A DNA stretch of 26,831 bases from Nanobdellota archaeon (GCA_038045705.1 JBBSXO010000009.1:1-26831); one strand, 5' to 3'; shown: positions 1-9,700, numbered from the stretch's first letter. Numbers and translations: made by a program. The notes: generated by a model from the letters alone, not told the origin.

Positions 1-2
1 CA

Positions 3-2444
3 ACTCTTACACTATCTGCTTCTTCTGGTGCTACTCTTGTTTCTAATCAAAGTGTTATAATTACTGGAACAGGAACAGTTGTTAGAAATGTGAATTATAA
101 CTTGAGTGTTCTTTCTCTTACGGTCCCTAACTCTCCTTCTGATTTGAATGTTACTCCAGTAAGTTCTATGCAGTTGAGACTTAATTGGAAAGACAATAGT
201 GATAATGAGATGAACTTTAGAGTTGAAAGAAGACAATTACCTTCTGGTAGTTTTAATGTATTGTCTACTGCTTCTAATCTACAACCTAATACAATTACAT
301 TTACTGATAGTAGTTTAACTCCTGCTACTTCATTTGAGTATAGAGTTTTAGCGAATAATAGTGTTGGTGTTTCAGGTTGGTCTAATCTTGCTAGTAATAC
401 TACTTTTGCTTGTGATAATGGTCAAATGATGGGCTGTCCTAATCAAGCTGGAGCTTGTTCCGGGGCACAGCAAACTTGTACTGGAGGGTTTTGGCCTGGT
501 TGTAATTCTATAAACTATGAGAACAATAATCCTGCTTACAATATAAATGAAATTGGTTTATGTTCTGATGGAATTAACAATGATTGTGATGTTAGTGGAG
601 AATTCGATTACGCTGGTTCTAGTAATATAAGAGGAGATAATGACTGTCCAGTTCAGATTACAAATATAAATGCACCTGCGCAGGTTTTTGTTTCAAGTAA
701 CTTTGATTTACAATGTACTTCAAATGTTGCTAATGTTAGAAGTATTGATGGATCTCTTGATGGTCAATTATGTACTTTTGTTTTATGGAATGGTAATGTA
801 GCTTCTTTCAATTGTTTGAGTTCTTCTACTCCTGGTATAACTCAATCTGCAGAATGTGATATTGATTTGACTAAATCTTACCAAACAGGCAATGCTTTGA
901 GTTCTAGCATACAAGTGCTTGCTAGTTCTTGTCCTGGATATACTTCAAGCGGTTCTTGTGGACTGGATAATAATTGTGTTTGGTGTCTTGGATGTTCAAC
1001 AACAAATCCTTTCTTGTCTAGTGGTGGACAAAGTAGATGTGTTAATGCTGGAACTTGCGGAGTTGGAGTTTATCAATGTAGAAATGGTCAATGTGGAGCT
1101 ACATGTGATGGAACTACTAATGTATGTTCTCAATCACAAAGCTGTAACTTGAATTCTTGCGGTTGTACAGAACAAAATCCATCTATTTCAGGTATTAATA
1201 ATTTACTTAATCCTACACTATCATGGGGGACAAGTAATGTTTTAACTATTAGCGGACAATATTTTGCGCCTAATGTTATATTAAGAATTGATGGGGTTTC
1301 TATTGCTCAGAGTAGACTTACTGTTAATTCTAACAGCATAACATTTACGCGTAATTCGGAAGAGTTTAGTGTTGGAACTCACTCTGTTAGTGTTAGAAAT
1401 CCAACCTCTGGATTAAACTCTAATTCTCTGAACTTTACTTTGATGTCTAATCCAATTATCAATTTGTTAATTCCAGATACGGTTTTTAATAATGTTTTTA
1501 CCATTGTTAATATTAGTGGAGATGACTTTGATCCACTAGCAAGATTGATGATTTCTAGAGTTAATCCTGTTCTTCCATCTTTATTTACATATATAAATTC
1601 TGGATTGATACAATTAGTCGTTGTTCCTGGGCTAGATGGTGCTGATTTGGATATATCTGTATTAAATGGTGATGGTTCTGTGCTATCAAATGGGAGAAAT
1701 CTTAGGATTAATTACCCATTTGATTATGTTTTGAGCTTGAATGATTCTCAAGTTTCTATAAACTCTGGGGATTCATTTAACGGTTTTGTTAAAATAGAGA
1801 CTTCGATTTATATGATTCAAGAAAATATAAGTGTTAATGTTCAGACTCCTACTGGAATAGTTGTTGATATTATTGGTTTAGATTATTGTTCTGTTAATCT
1901 TTCTGTAACTCCCTATCCGTCTTGTGAGATAAACTTTAACTTATCTACTGAAAACTTATCTCCTGGGCAGTATAATGTATTGTTTAGATCTAACTCTTCA
2001 AGTACTTTTGTAAGTGATGTTGTAAATCTAAGTGTAAATATTAATAATCCTAGCGGTAGTGGCTCTGGATCTAGTTCGGGAAGTGGTTCAAGTTCTGGAA
2101 GTGGGACTGGTGGACCTCCTAGAATTATATTGCAACAATGTGATGATAATCTGGACAATGATGGAGATGGTAAGATTGACTATATCGAAGACCTTGGTTG
2201 TTCAAGTTTGAGAGATAATAGTGAATTAGATCCTTCTGAAATAGTTGAATCTAATTATTCTTTAACTGATGAGGATACTGAAACTCTTGAATTAGATGAA
2301 AAAGAAGTTGAAGTCAGAGTTGTATTTTGGACAGTTCTTATGACGCTTCTTGGAGGAATAGTTATTGCTTCCGTTTTAATCTTGAATAATTTAAGAAATA
2401 ATAAGTTTAGAAAATTGAGTAAAATTAAGATGAAAATTAGATAA
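3..2444 (+). CDS. Large membrane-anchored surface protein/adhesin, 5'-truncated by the window edge: fibronectin type III domain, Cys-rich segments, Ca/metal-binding-like CxDGxxNDCD and CDDxxDNDGDGxxD motifs, IPT/TIG-like Ig domains, Gly/Ser linker, C-terminal TM helix with basic tail
   Basis: The frame of ORF 90..2444 is open back to position 3 (TLTLSASSGATLVSNQ...), so GTG90 is probably not the real start. FN3 signature PSDLNVTPVSSMQLRLNWKDNSDNEMNFRVER...FTDSSLTPATSFEYRVLANN. C-terminal hydrophobic helix VVFWTVLMTLLGGIVIASVLIL followed by a K/R-rich tail. Confidence 0.85.
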   Translation, partial: TLTLSASSGATLVSNQSVIITGTGTVVRNVNYNLSVLSLTVPNSPSDLNVTPVSSMQLRLNWKDNSDNEMNFRVERRQLPSGSFNVLSTASNLQPNTITFTDSSLTPATSFEYRVLANNSVGVSGWSNLASNTTFACDNGQMMGCPNQAGACSGAQQTCTGGFWPGCNSINYENNNPAYNINEIGLCSDGINNDCDVSGEFDYAGSSNIRGDNDCPVQITNINAPAQVFVSSNFDLQCTSNVANVRSIDGSLDGQLCTFVLWNGNVASFNCLSSSTPGITQSAECDIDLTKSYQTGNALSSSIQVLASSCPGYTSSGSCGLDNNCVWCLGCSTTNPFLSSGGQSRCVNAGTCGVGVYQCRNGQCGATCDGTTNVCSQSQSCNLNSCGCTEQNPSISGINNLLNPTLSWGTSNVLTISGQYFAPNVILRIDGVSIAQSRLTVNSNSITFTRNSEEFSVGTHSVSVRNPTSGLNSNSLNFTLMSNPIINLLIPDTVFNNVFTIVNISGDDFDPLARLMISRVNPVLPSLFTYINSGLIQLVVVPGLDGADLDISVLNGDGSVLSNGRNLRINYPFDYVLSLNDSQVSINSGDSFNGFVKIETSIYMIQENISVNVQTPTGIVVDIIGLDYCSVNLSVTPYPSCEINFNLSTENLSPGQYNVLFRSNSSSTFVSDVVNLSVNINNPSGSGSGSSSGSGSSSGSGTGGPPRIILQQCDDNLDNDGDGKIDYIEDLGCSSLRDNSELDPSEIVESNYSLTDEDTETLELDEKEVEVRVVFWTVLMTLLGGIVIASVLILNNLRNNKFRKLSKIKMKIR

Positions 2445-2457
2445 TTTACGATTTCAG

Positions 2458-2751
2458 TTAAATCTCAAGTATAAATTTTTTATTGAATTTGCCCTTGATA
2501 TTTGACTTCTTTTCTTTGAGTTCTAAAATTTCTTTCTTATTGAATTTTTTGAATTTACCTATTGCATCTATTACTTCTAGAATATCTGCGAATTCTTCCT
2601 TTGAATCATCTTTGTTAAATTCATTTACTTCTTCAACTAATTTGTTTTTTAATGCTAACCAATATTCTTTATTATTTGCTTTATGAAAAATTGGTTTTTC
2701 ACCTTTGATTTTCATTATTTCAGGTATTTTGTCTCTGACTAGTTTCTTCAT
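2458..2751 (-). CDS. MazG-like/phosphoribosyl-ATP pyrophosphohydrolase-like nucleoside triphosphate pyrophosphohydrolase
   Basis: KLVRDKIPEI N-terminus, EExxE...EEFADILEV acidic metal-binding motif and KGKF near the C-terminus are typical of this house-cleaning family. Confidence 0.85.
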   Translation of the reverse strand: MKKLVRDKIPEIMKIKGEKPIFHKANNKEYWLALKNKLVEEVNEFNKDDSKEEFADILEVIDAIGKFKKFNKKEILELKEKKSNIKGKFNKKFILEI

Positions 2752-2841
2752 TTTGGCTTAAAAGTTTTAGGTATCTCTAGATATTAGTTGATTAACTTTT
2801 ATTTACTTTGCTATTGAATTATTCTATGTTGATTAGTTATA

Positions 2842-2913
2842 AGCCTCTGGAGGGAATCGAACCCCCAACCCTCAGTTTACAAAACTGATGCTCTGCCGTT
2901 GAGCTACAGAGGC
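2842..2913 (-). tRNA. tRNA-Thr(TGT)
   Basis: Reverse complement GCCTCTGTAGCTCAACGGCAGAGCA-TCAGT-TTTGTAA-ACTGA-GGGTTGGGGGTTCGATTCCCTCCAGAGGC-T folds as a cloverleaf with anticodon TGT and discriminator U. CCA is not encoded. Confidence 0.95.
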
Positions 2914-2965
2914 GTTGAAATTGTGAGAAAATGAATGGTTAAAAGGTTTTTGCTTTGCTATTTTA

Positions 2966-3556
2966 TTATTGTGTTTCTTCTTTTACTTGTTGTTCTACAT
3001 CCTTTTCTTTCTTTGGAGGACCTATTATTTCTATCCAACGTATTTCACAAAATGCGAGAGGATATATCTTTTTCACTTTTAGAGAAATTGCTTTTTGCAT
3101 TTTATTAGTCATTATTTCAGAAAATAGTTCTTTTGATGTTTTTATTCTTGCATTATTTTCTATGAATTTTCTTGCAGTTTTTCTTATTTCATTTCTAACT
3201 TTTCTGGACACATGGTTTCTTGTAATCATAAATGGCTTTACTAGAATCTCTGCATCCTTACAAGATATTTTAAATGAGTCTTCAACATAATCTATTCCTC
3301 TTCGCATTACTCTTCTTATATAACTTGGAAGAAGAACAAGACTAATTAGCTCACTATTTATCTGTCCTTCTTTAATATTTACTTTTGCTTTAAGTTCGAC
3401 ATTTTTACCTTTAAGGATTTTAGTCATATCTATCGTAACTATTTTTTTATCTAATTCTTCTTGATTTATTGCATATAACTTTACTTTAGTTGCTGTTAGG
3501 GGTACAGCTACATCAAAAAACTTTTTCTTAACTATCTTTTTTGTTGTTTCTGCCAT
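2966..3556 (-). CDS. rps3ae: 30S ribosomal protein S3Ae (eS1)
   Basis: YIRRVMRRGIDYVEDSF and KKIYPLAFCEIRWIEI motifs of eS1. Confidence 0.9.
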   Translation of the reverse strand: MAETTKKIVKKKFFDVAVPLTATKVKLYAINQEELDKKIVTIDMTKILKGKNVELKAKVNIKEGQINSELISLVLLPSYIRRVMRRGIDYVEDSFKISCKDAEILVKPFMITRNHVSRKVRNEIRKTARKFIENNARIKTSKELFSEIMTNKMQKAISLKVKKIYPLAFCEIRWIEIIGPPKKEKDVEQQVKEETQ

Positions 3557-3557
3557 T

Positions 3558-3887
3558 TTATTTAGCTATTTTTTCTCCTATTTGAATACGTGATACTCTT
3601 AATGCTTTCTTTGTGCCTTTTGATTTGTTACATACTGTGCATGTATAAAGAACTGGGAGTCTCTTTGTTTGCTTTGTTTTCCTCTTCCAAGATTTTATTG
3701 CTGGTTTTGAATATCTTCCTTGATTGCCAAAACCTCTACGTAAACCTCTTGCCATCACTCTGCTTGTTGAACCTCTTGATAATGGATTTGCTGATGAACG
3801 TGATTTTTGCTTTGCTACACTAACCTTTTGAGAGGTTTGCTTCTTGCAATATGGGCAGTATCTATTTGTTTTTTCTGGTAACTTCAT
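3558..3887 (-). CDS. rpl44e: 50S ribosomal protein L44e (eL42)
   Basis: MKLPEKTNRYCPYCKKQT...KQTKRLPVLYTCTVCNK zinc-ribbon pattern of eL42. Confidence 0.93.
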   Translation of the reverse strand: MKLPEKTNRYCPYCKKQTSQKVSVAKQKSRSSANPLSRGSTSRVMARGLRRGFGNQGRYSKPAIKSWKRKTKQTKRLPVLYTCTVCNKSKGTKKALRVSRIQIGEKIAK

Positions 3888-3950
3888 ATTATTCTGGCAG
3901 ATTATTTTAGCTAACCTCTTGTCGGCCAGGTGACTTGAGGGTTGATGCTG
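3888..3950 (-). promoter_or_regulatory. Structured 5' leader of rpl44e-rps3ae (candidate pseudoknot / r-leader)
   Basis: GC-rich island in AT-rich DNA. Hairpin AACCCUC-AA-GUC-[ACCUGGCC]-GAC-AA-GAGGUU; its loop CUGGC is complementary to GCCAG 6 nt before the AUG. TATA box TTTAAAAA at 3978-3971 on the minus strand. Confidence 0.55.
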
Positions 3951-4031
3951 ATATTTGTTTGAATTAGTGGTTTTTAAACCTTGTGAACATGTCCATGGAA
4001 ATGGTAAATTAATATTCTTGACTAGTTATGT

Positions 4032-4301
4032 CTAGGGTAATATTGTTTTCAATGCATCTGCAAAAGAATTCGGAATCCATGTTTGCCCGTTAGCATATCT
4101 TAATCCAAAGTAAGCTATTATTATTAATATTATTACAATGGTTATGTTTCTTTTTTTGGATTTTTTATTTTTTTCAGATCTTATTGCGAAGGAATATCCA
4201 CACTTAACGCAGAATGTGTCTGTTAAGTGGAGTTTTGTTCCACAAACAGGACAAAACTTATGATCTTTTTCTATATTGTTCTTTTTCTTTCTAAACATCA
4301 T
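4032..4301 (-). CDS. Zinc-ribbon membrane protein
   Basis: FCPVCG...FCVKCG zinc ribbon, basic patch, then one TM helix (ITIVIILIIIAYFGL). Confidence 0.8.
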   Translation of the reverse strand: MMFRKKKNNIEKDHKFCPVCGTKLHLTDTFCVKCGYSFAIRSEKNKKSKKRNITIVIILIIIAYFGLRYANGQTWIPNSFADALKTILP

Positions 4302-4375
4302 ATTCTTAATGTGTTTTTGTTTAAAAAGTTTGGGATGGTTAGATTTTTATATGGATTCTTTGGTTTAATGTAAAA

Positions 4376-4447
4376 GGTCTCATAGTCTAGTGGTTAAGAT
4401 GCTTCCTTGACGTGGAGGAGTCGGCAGTTCGATTCTGCCTGGGACCA
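4376..4447 (+). tRNA. tRNA-Val(GAC)
   Basis: GGTCTCA/TGGGACC acceptor stem, CTTCC-TTGACGT-GGAGG anticodon arm, GGCAG-TTCGATT-CTGCC T arm, discriminator A. Confidence 0.95.
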
Positions 4448-4453
4448 TTTATT

Positions 4454-4622
4454 CTAGGATTTTTTTTGCCTTTCTTTATACCTAATTCTTCTTTGAGAAA
4501 TAAATGATAATTGGCCTCTTATTGCAATTGCTAACTCAAAGTCTAGATTTTCTGTTGATTGTCTCATTTTTTCTAATTGAGGTATTAGTTTTTTATTCTC
4601 TGTTTTTAGTATATGTTTTTTA
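4454..4622 (-). pseudogene. Decayed remnant of a UVR domain (UvrB C-terminus-like)
   Basis: The minus strand reads KKHILKTENKKLIPQLEKMRQSTENLDFELAIAIRGQL, resembling the UVR consensus LE.EM..AA..L.FE.A..IRD.I. A frameshifted continuation gives FLKEELGIKK. No upstream gene body is present. Confidence 0.55.
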
Positions 4623-4626
4623 TTTT

Positions 4627-4663
4627 ACTTACTAAGTAAGTTAGTAACTTAATGACTTACTAA
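4627..4663. promoter_or_regulatory. Palindromic operator-like array upstream of RHH-like gene 1
   Basis: ACTTACT-A-AGTAAGT (4627-4641) and TTAGTAA...TTACTAA (4641-4663), immediately followed by TATA-like TTTATATA at about 4669-4676. Confidence 0.5.
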
Positions 4664-4817
4664 TAATATTTATATAGTTATTTTTTGTATTGTTTTTATG
4701 GTGTTTGATTGATGAAAATTTTACTAAGAGGAAATTACAGATGAAGATAATAAAATTCTCTGCACATTCAATTTCAAACTGCTCGTCTACACTCACAATG
4801 GTAAGAGGAAATTGCAC

Positions 4818-4949
4818 GTGAAAAAATACTTGCTTTTAATTGAGGATGAAAAATTGTGGGAGAGATTTAAAGAAAATATAGATAAAGACATTAATACGGC
4901 TTTAATTGAGCTTGTTAAGGATAAAGTAAATAAGGGAGATAAAAAATGA
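4818..4949 (+). CDS. Small ribbon-helix-helix-like DNA-binding protein (43 aa from GTG; start uncertain), absent from the ORF track
   Basis: Translates as MKKYLLLIEDEKLWERFKENIDKDINTALIELVKDKVNKGDKK. GAGG lies upstream of the GTG, the stop overlaps the next start (ATGA 4946-4949), and it is similar to 16716..16868. The frame is open back to 4728. Confidence 0.65.
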   Translation: MKKYLLLIEDEKLWERFKENIDKDINTALIELVKDKVNKGDKK

Positions 4950-6796
4950 GAAAAGGACAAGTTACTGTTTTTGTAATTGTTTCAGTAATAGTTGTTGCTG
5001 TTATTGCTTTGTTTTTTGTTTTTAGAGGATCATTATTTGGAGAGAATATTCCTCTTAGTCTTGTTCCAGTTTATTCAAGATATGGTGAATGCATATCTGA
5101 AGAAGCTTCTAATGGTCTCAAGTTAATGCAATCTCAAGGTGGAAGAATAGATATTGGTGAATTAAGTTACGCAAGTGATTTTAATCCATTCTCTTCTCAC
5201 TTAAATTTTCTAGGATTCAAAATACCTTATTGGTATGGTTTTACTGGAAATAATCTTGTTATTGAAAATGTTCCTTCTGTTAATGATATGGAAAATGAAC
5301 TTGCTACTTTTATTTCTGAAAGGCTTAACGATTGTGATCTTTCAGATTTTTATGCTCAAGGGTTTTTGATTGAAAAAAGTGAAGTTGATGCTTTAGTTGA
5401 TATTGTAGATGATAGTGTTTCTATTACAGTTAATGCTCCTTTGACAGTTTCTCTTGGGGATGATGTGTCTATAAAGAGGACTCATAATGTTAATGTAAAT
5501 AGTAAAATTGGAGTTTTGTATGACTCTGCTTTATCCATTTATAATTCTGAAAGAAATTCTTTGTTTTTGGAAAATTATGCATTAGATGTTTTGCAGTCTT
5601 ATTCTCCAGTTGATGGTGTTGAAATTCAATGTAGCCCTAAGATTTGGAAGACTAATGAAGTTGTTTCACAAATTCAAAGTGGTTTAAGTGCTAATATTGG
5701 GGCTGTTGGATTTTCAGGGGAATCTTCTGGGAGTAAATATTTCACTCAAAATCTTGGAGTTAATGAGCCTGTAAATATCTTATACTTGCCTGATGCTTTT
5801 CCTAGTAAAATTGAAGTTACTCCTGCTTCTCAAACCGTGATGATTGCTGAACCAGTTGGGACTCAAGAGGGTCTTGGAATAATGGGCTTTTGTTATGTTC
5901 CTTATCACTTTGTTTATGACTTAAGATTTCCAGTTCTTGTGCAAGTAGGGGATGGTATTGATAATTTCCAGTTTCCTATGGTTGTCAATATTGATAATAA
6001 CTTGGTTTCTTCTGGTTCTACTGGTGCTTTTGTGGAAGAAGAACAGGATGTTGATGTTTGTTCATTTGCAGAAAATGAAATTACGGTAAATACTTATGAC
6101 ATTAATTTAAACCCAATACTTGCTAATATTTCTTACAAGTGTTTTGATAGTGTTTGTGATCTTGGACAGAGTGTTCTTTCTCCTAGTGGTGCTGTTCTTG
6201 ATTCTAGTGTTCCTGCTTGCGTTAATGGTGAATTAATTGCTAGTGCTACTGGATACTCTGATTCTAAGGTGACATTCTCTTCCAATTCAGAGAGTTTTGC
6301 TGAAATTATTCTTGAGAAAGAATATTCTGTTGATGTTGAAATCAGACTTGCTGGACAAACTATTAGAAATTCTACTGCTGTTGTCCATTTTGTTTCAGAA
6401 GATGGAGAATCTGCTAGTGCTATTATTCCTGAATCTTCTGAGATTGACTTGAAAGAAGGACTTTATAGAATAGAAGCTTTTGTTTATGGAAACTCGAACG
6501 TGATTATTCCTGCAAGTAGAAAAACAGAATGTTTTACTATTAATAAGGGTGGTGTAGCTGGGTTCTTTGGAAGTACTAAAGAAGAATGTGTTAATGTAGA
6601 GATTCCTTCTACGAAGATTGATTACGCTTTACTTGGTGGTGGGAAATTAGAAGATTATTATATTTTAGCCAGTGAACTTGAAAATGGAAAAATTATTTTA
6701 GATGTTAGTGAACTTCCTAGACCAAACTCCTTAGAACAGTTACAATATAATTATGAAGTGTTTAACACTTTAGGGATAGAGGTGAATTTTGTATGA
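4946..6796 (+). CDS. Surface protein with class III (type IV prepilin-like) signal peptide
   Basis: N-terminus MRKG/QVTVFVIVSVIVVAVIALFFVF fits the archaeal [KR][GA]/Q plus hydrophobic-helix PibD-type cleavage pattern. It has a large acidic, Cys-containing ectodomain. Confidence 0.8.
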   Translation: MRKGQVTVFVIVSVIVVAVIALFFVFRGSLFGENIPLSLVPVYSRYGECISEEASNGLKLMQSQGGRIDIGELSYASDFNPFSSHLNFLGFKIPYWYGFTGNNLVIENVPSVNDMENELATFISERLNDCDLSDFYAQGFLIEKSEVDALVDIVDDSVSITVNAPLTVSLGDDVSIKRTHNVNVNSKIGVLYDSALSIYNSERNSLFLENYALDVLQSYSPVDGVEIQCSPKIWKTNEVVSQIQSGLSANIGAVGFSGESSGSKYFTQNLGVNEPVNILYLPDAFPSKIEVTPASQTVMIAEPVGTQEGLGIMGFCYVPYHFVYDLRFPVLVQVGDGIDNFQFPMVVNIDNNLVSSGSTGAFVEEEQDVDVCSFAENEITVNTYDINLNPILANISYKCFDSVCDLGQSVLSPSGAVLDSSVPACVNGELIASATGYSDSKVTFSSNSESFAEIILEKEYSVDVEIRLAGQTIRNSTAVVHFVSEDGESASAIIPESSEIDLKEGLYRIEAFVYGNSNVIIPASRKTECFTINKGGVAGFFGSTKEECVNVEIPSTKIDYALLGGGKLEDYYILASELENGKIILDVSELPRPNSLEQLQYNYEVFNTLGIEVNFV

Positions 6797-9700
6797 GAAA
6801 TTTAATTTTGATTGTTGTTTTTGTATTCTTATTATCTTTTGTTTCTGCGCAAGTGGTTAGTTCTGACAATGGGTTTTTTGGAAGCAGGAGTGGAACTGCT
6901 AACTTTGTAAATTATGGCAGTAGTTTCTCAAGTTATTATGGGTCAAATGCTAATACTTACTGGCCAATAATCTCTAATAGGGATGAGTGCACTTCTAGTC
7001 AAGACATACTTGTTCAGATTTCTCCTGCAGGATGTCAACCTACAGTTGTAAGAAGTGATCTACTTGCTGAACAGAATGTTCCAGTTTTTTGTCAGCTTGA
7101 TTTATTACAAGTAAACCCTGTTATAAACATTAAGCAAATCAGGAATATAAGATTTAATGGACAATATCCGAATTATGTTGCAGGAGTAGGATTTCATCCT
7201 GCTAATGCTGCTTTGAGAACTACAAATTCTTTACTTGGAACTCCTCTTGAAAGTAATATTGGTTATGTAGTTGTTGTTCTAAAGAGAAATCCTGATGAAA
7301 AAACTATGCCTGACTTTTTTAACTTTACTTTGAGTGCAAGTATAGACTATTATTCTGGAAATGCTGTAGGCATAGGTGCTACTGAATTGTTGCTAAAAGA
7401 AACAAATAATGATGAGTGGGAAGTTGCTAAAAATAGACAGATATTATTTGGTGGAAAAATGTCTGTTAGAGTAAGAGATACAGATTCTAACAATTCAATA
7501 AAAGTTGAACTTTATTCTGGAGATGTTAAATATTCTGAGATGGTCTTACAGAAAAATCAAGCTCAACCTAATTCTGTTTATTTGCCTGGAAGTTATTGTC
7601 AGACTGCTTTACAGTTCAGTTACAGTGATTTTGTTTCACCTTCTGCTATTGCAAGAATACAAGTTGATGATGATATACTTGATTTGTACCAGGGGAGTAG
7701 ATTTTTGAATAATAAATGTGTTGTAAAGACAGTTACAGATAAATCTGTTGAAATTAATTGTGGAAGGGAACCTATTTCACTTACCACTATTCCTACTTCT
7801 TTTGTTATTGGAGATAAAGTTTATAGAGTAAACTCTGATTTTAGTGTGGATATAACTAGAGAATATATTATTGAAAGTGTAACTAATAAAGATGGCAAAG
7901 TTTCTTACAAGCTTAATGGTGAAATGGAATTATTCACTTCCGATCATTTAAGATCTGTTTCAAATACTGTGCTTTATGAAGCAACTTATGGAGAATATGA
8001 ACAGTATATTGTAAACGCTACTAATTATTATGAATCTATTGCAAACGATTATGGTAATTTGAGAAAACAGGAAGTTCTTGGAGAAGAATACGGGGAAGTA
8101 GCATTAAGTGCTGCAATTGATTTAGCTGTTAATTATGACAAAAAAAATACTGCTTCAAGATTGATAAATAAATATATTGATTCTTATCCTAATGGAAAGA
8201 ATAAGGATAAATTTATTAGAGCTTTGAATGATTTGTATATTAGAGATAGTTCTTTAGGAACTATAAGTGTTGAATCAGATGATGGATTTCATTTGATAAA
8301 ATTAATTGATATTAGTCCTGCTGGTAAAAAATCGAGTGCTAAAATATTTTGGGGAGAAGAAGAACAAGTTTATCAAGGACAAACTATTGATTTTAATATT
8401 GGTAAACTCACATTGTTAAGAGTAAGAGACTATGGAACTATTGATGTTCAAACAGTTTGTAATAATAACAATAGAGATAGTAGGGCTTTTAATGGTACTA
8501 TTAGATTAGGCGCAACTGGAGTGATTACATCTTGCGGAGTTTCTTTAAGAGTTAATTCTATTGAATTTGAAGATTATGTTAGACTTAGAATATCTCCTGT
8601 AACTAGAAGTGGAACTATTACTAACTTTAGTGTTGGTGTTGGAATAGAGAAAAGAGCTATTGAATTGACTCCTTCAAAAGCTCAAAAGAAAATTGAAAAC
8701 TTGAATGAAAGCATAAAGAAATGGGGAGCTATTTCGAATAGTTTGGGAGAGGTTGTAACTGGTTTGAAAACTGCTTGTTTCGCGACTGCTGGTGTTTTAA
8801 CTGTTAAGAACTTCTTTACTGGATTAAGTGGAGAGGCATTAGCTAGAAGAGGAGTTATGTCTGGTGAAGATGGATGGACAAAGTTCTGTCAAAGTAAAAT
8901 TAACGATGAGACTTATGATTCATTGACTGAATGTTATAATTCTAATTCTGTTGATATTGGTAAAGATGTTGAAGCTAGAAAAAAAGCAATTACAGATACA
9001 AATGCTTTGACTCAACAAATTGAAGATGGGGCTAAATATCCAAATAGAGAAGGAGGATTTTCTGGAACAAACTTTAATGATACTCAAGCTAAGCAGGAAT
9101 TGATTGATAGAATTAGTACCGAATGTAGCTCTGAAGCTCTTGGTCCTAAGAGTAGTGGAGCTAGTACAAATTATAGTAATATTAGATCTTTATTTCCTAG
9201 CGGATATAATGTAGATTCTTACAGTTATACTCAATTGAGAGATATTTACTTTAATTGTCAGACTTTGAAGAATGGTGGAAGCTCAAGAGGAAATTTGACT
9301 GCTCGAGCTGAACTTGATTCTATAGGTTATGCAATAAGTGAGAGATTAAAGTATGACGAAAGAGTAAGTATACATGGAAGTGATAAAATATTCACCTTGC
9401 AAAACGGAAAAGAAGGAAATTACTTTGCAGATACTATTAATTCTGTTTCGAGTAGAGGTTACCAAGTAAGTGCTCTTGGATTAACTGGAAACACTCCTGT
9501 ACAGATTGTTGAAGGAAGAGGCTCAAGTTATTTAGTTGTACTCGATCAAAGAGGAGATATTTACGCTCCAGTTAAAGTCCATAGATTAGATGGTAAAAAT
9601 CTTGCTTCTACTTCTACTCCTGGATCTAGCGGTTCTGAAATTCCTCTTACCAACTCAGAATTAAGTGGATTGCCTTCTGCTTTTAAAATAGTTGATTCTA

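Noticed and set aside
2050-2115. Gly/Ser low-complexity repeat (also at about 20355-20402)
   Set aside because: The codons vary, so these are flexible protein linkers rather than DNA tandem repeats or phase-variable tracts.
12-2158. Short ORFs 12..236, 919..1152 and 1913..2158
   Set aside because: They are antisense or off-frame shadows within the large surface-protein gene and have no recognisable motifs.
3700-3740. eL42 loop reads GFGNQG rather than the eukaryotic GYGGQ
   Set aside because: GN-type variants of this loop occur in archaeal L44e, so it is not unusual.
2483-3823. Plus-strand ORFs 2483..2686, 2955..3290 and 3590..3823
   Set aside because: They are antisense to well-supported genes (pyrophosphohydrolase, rps3ae, rpl44e).
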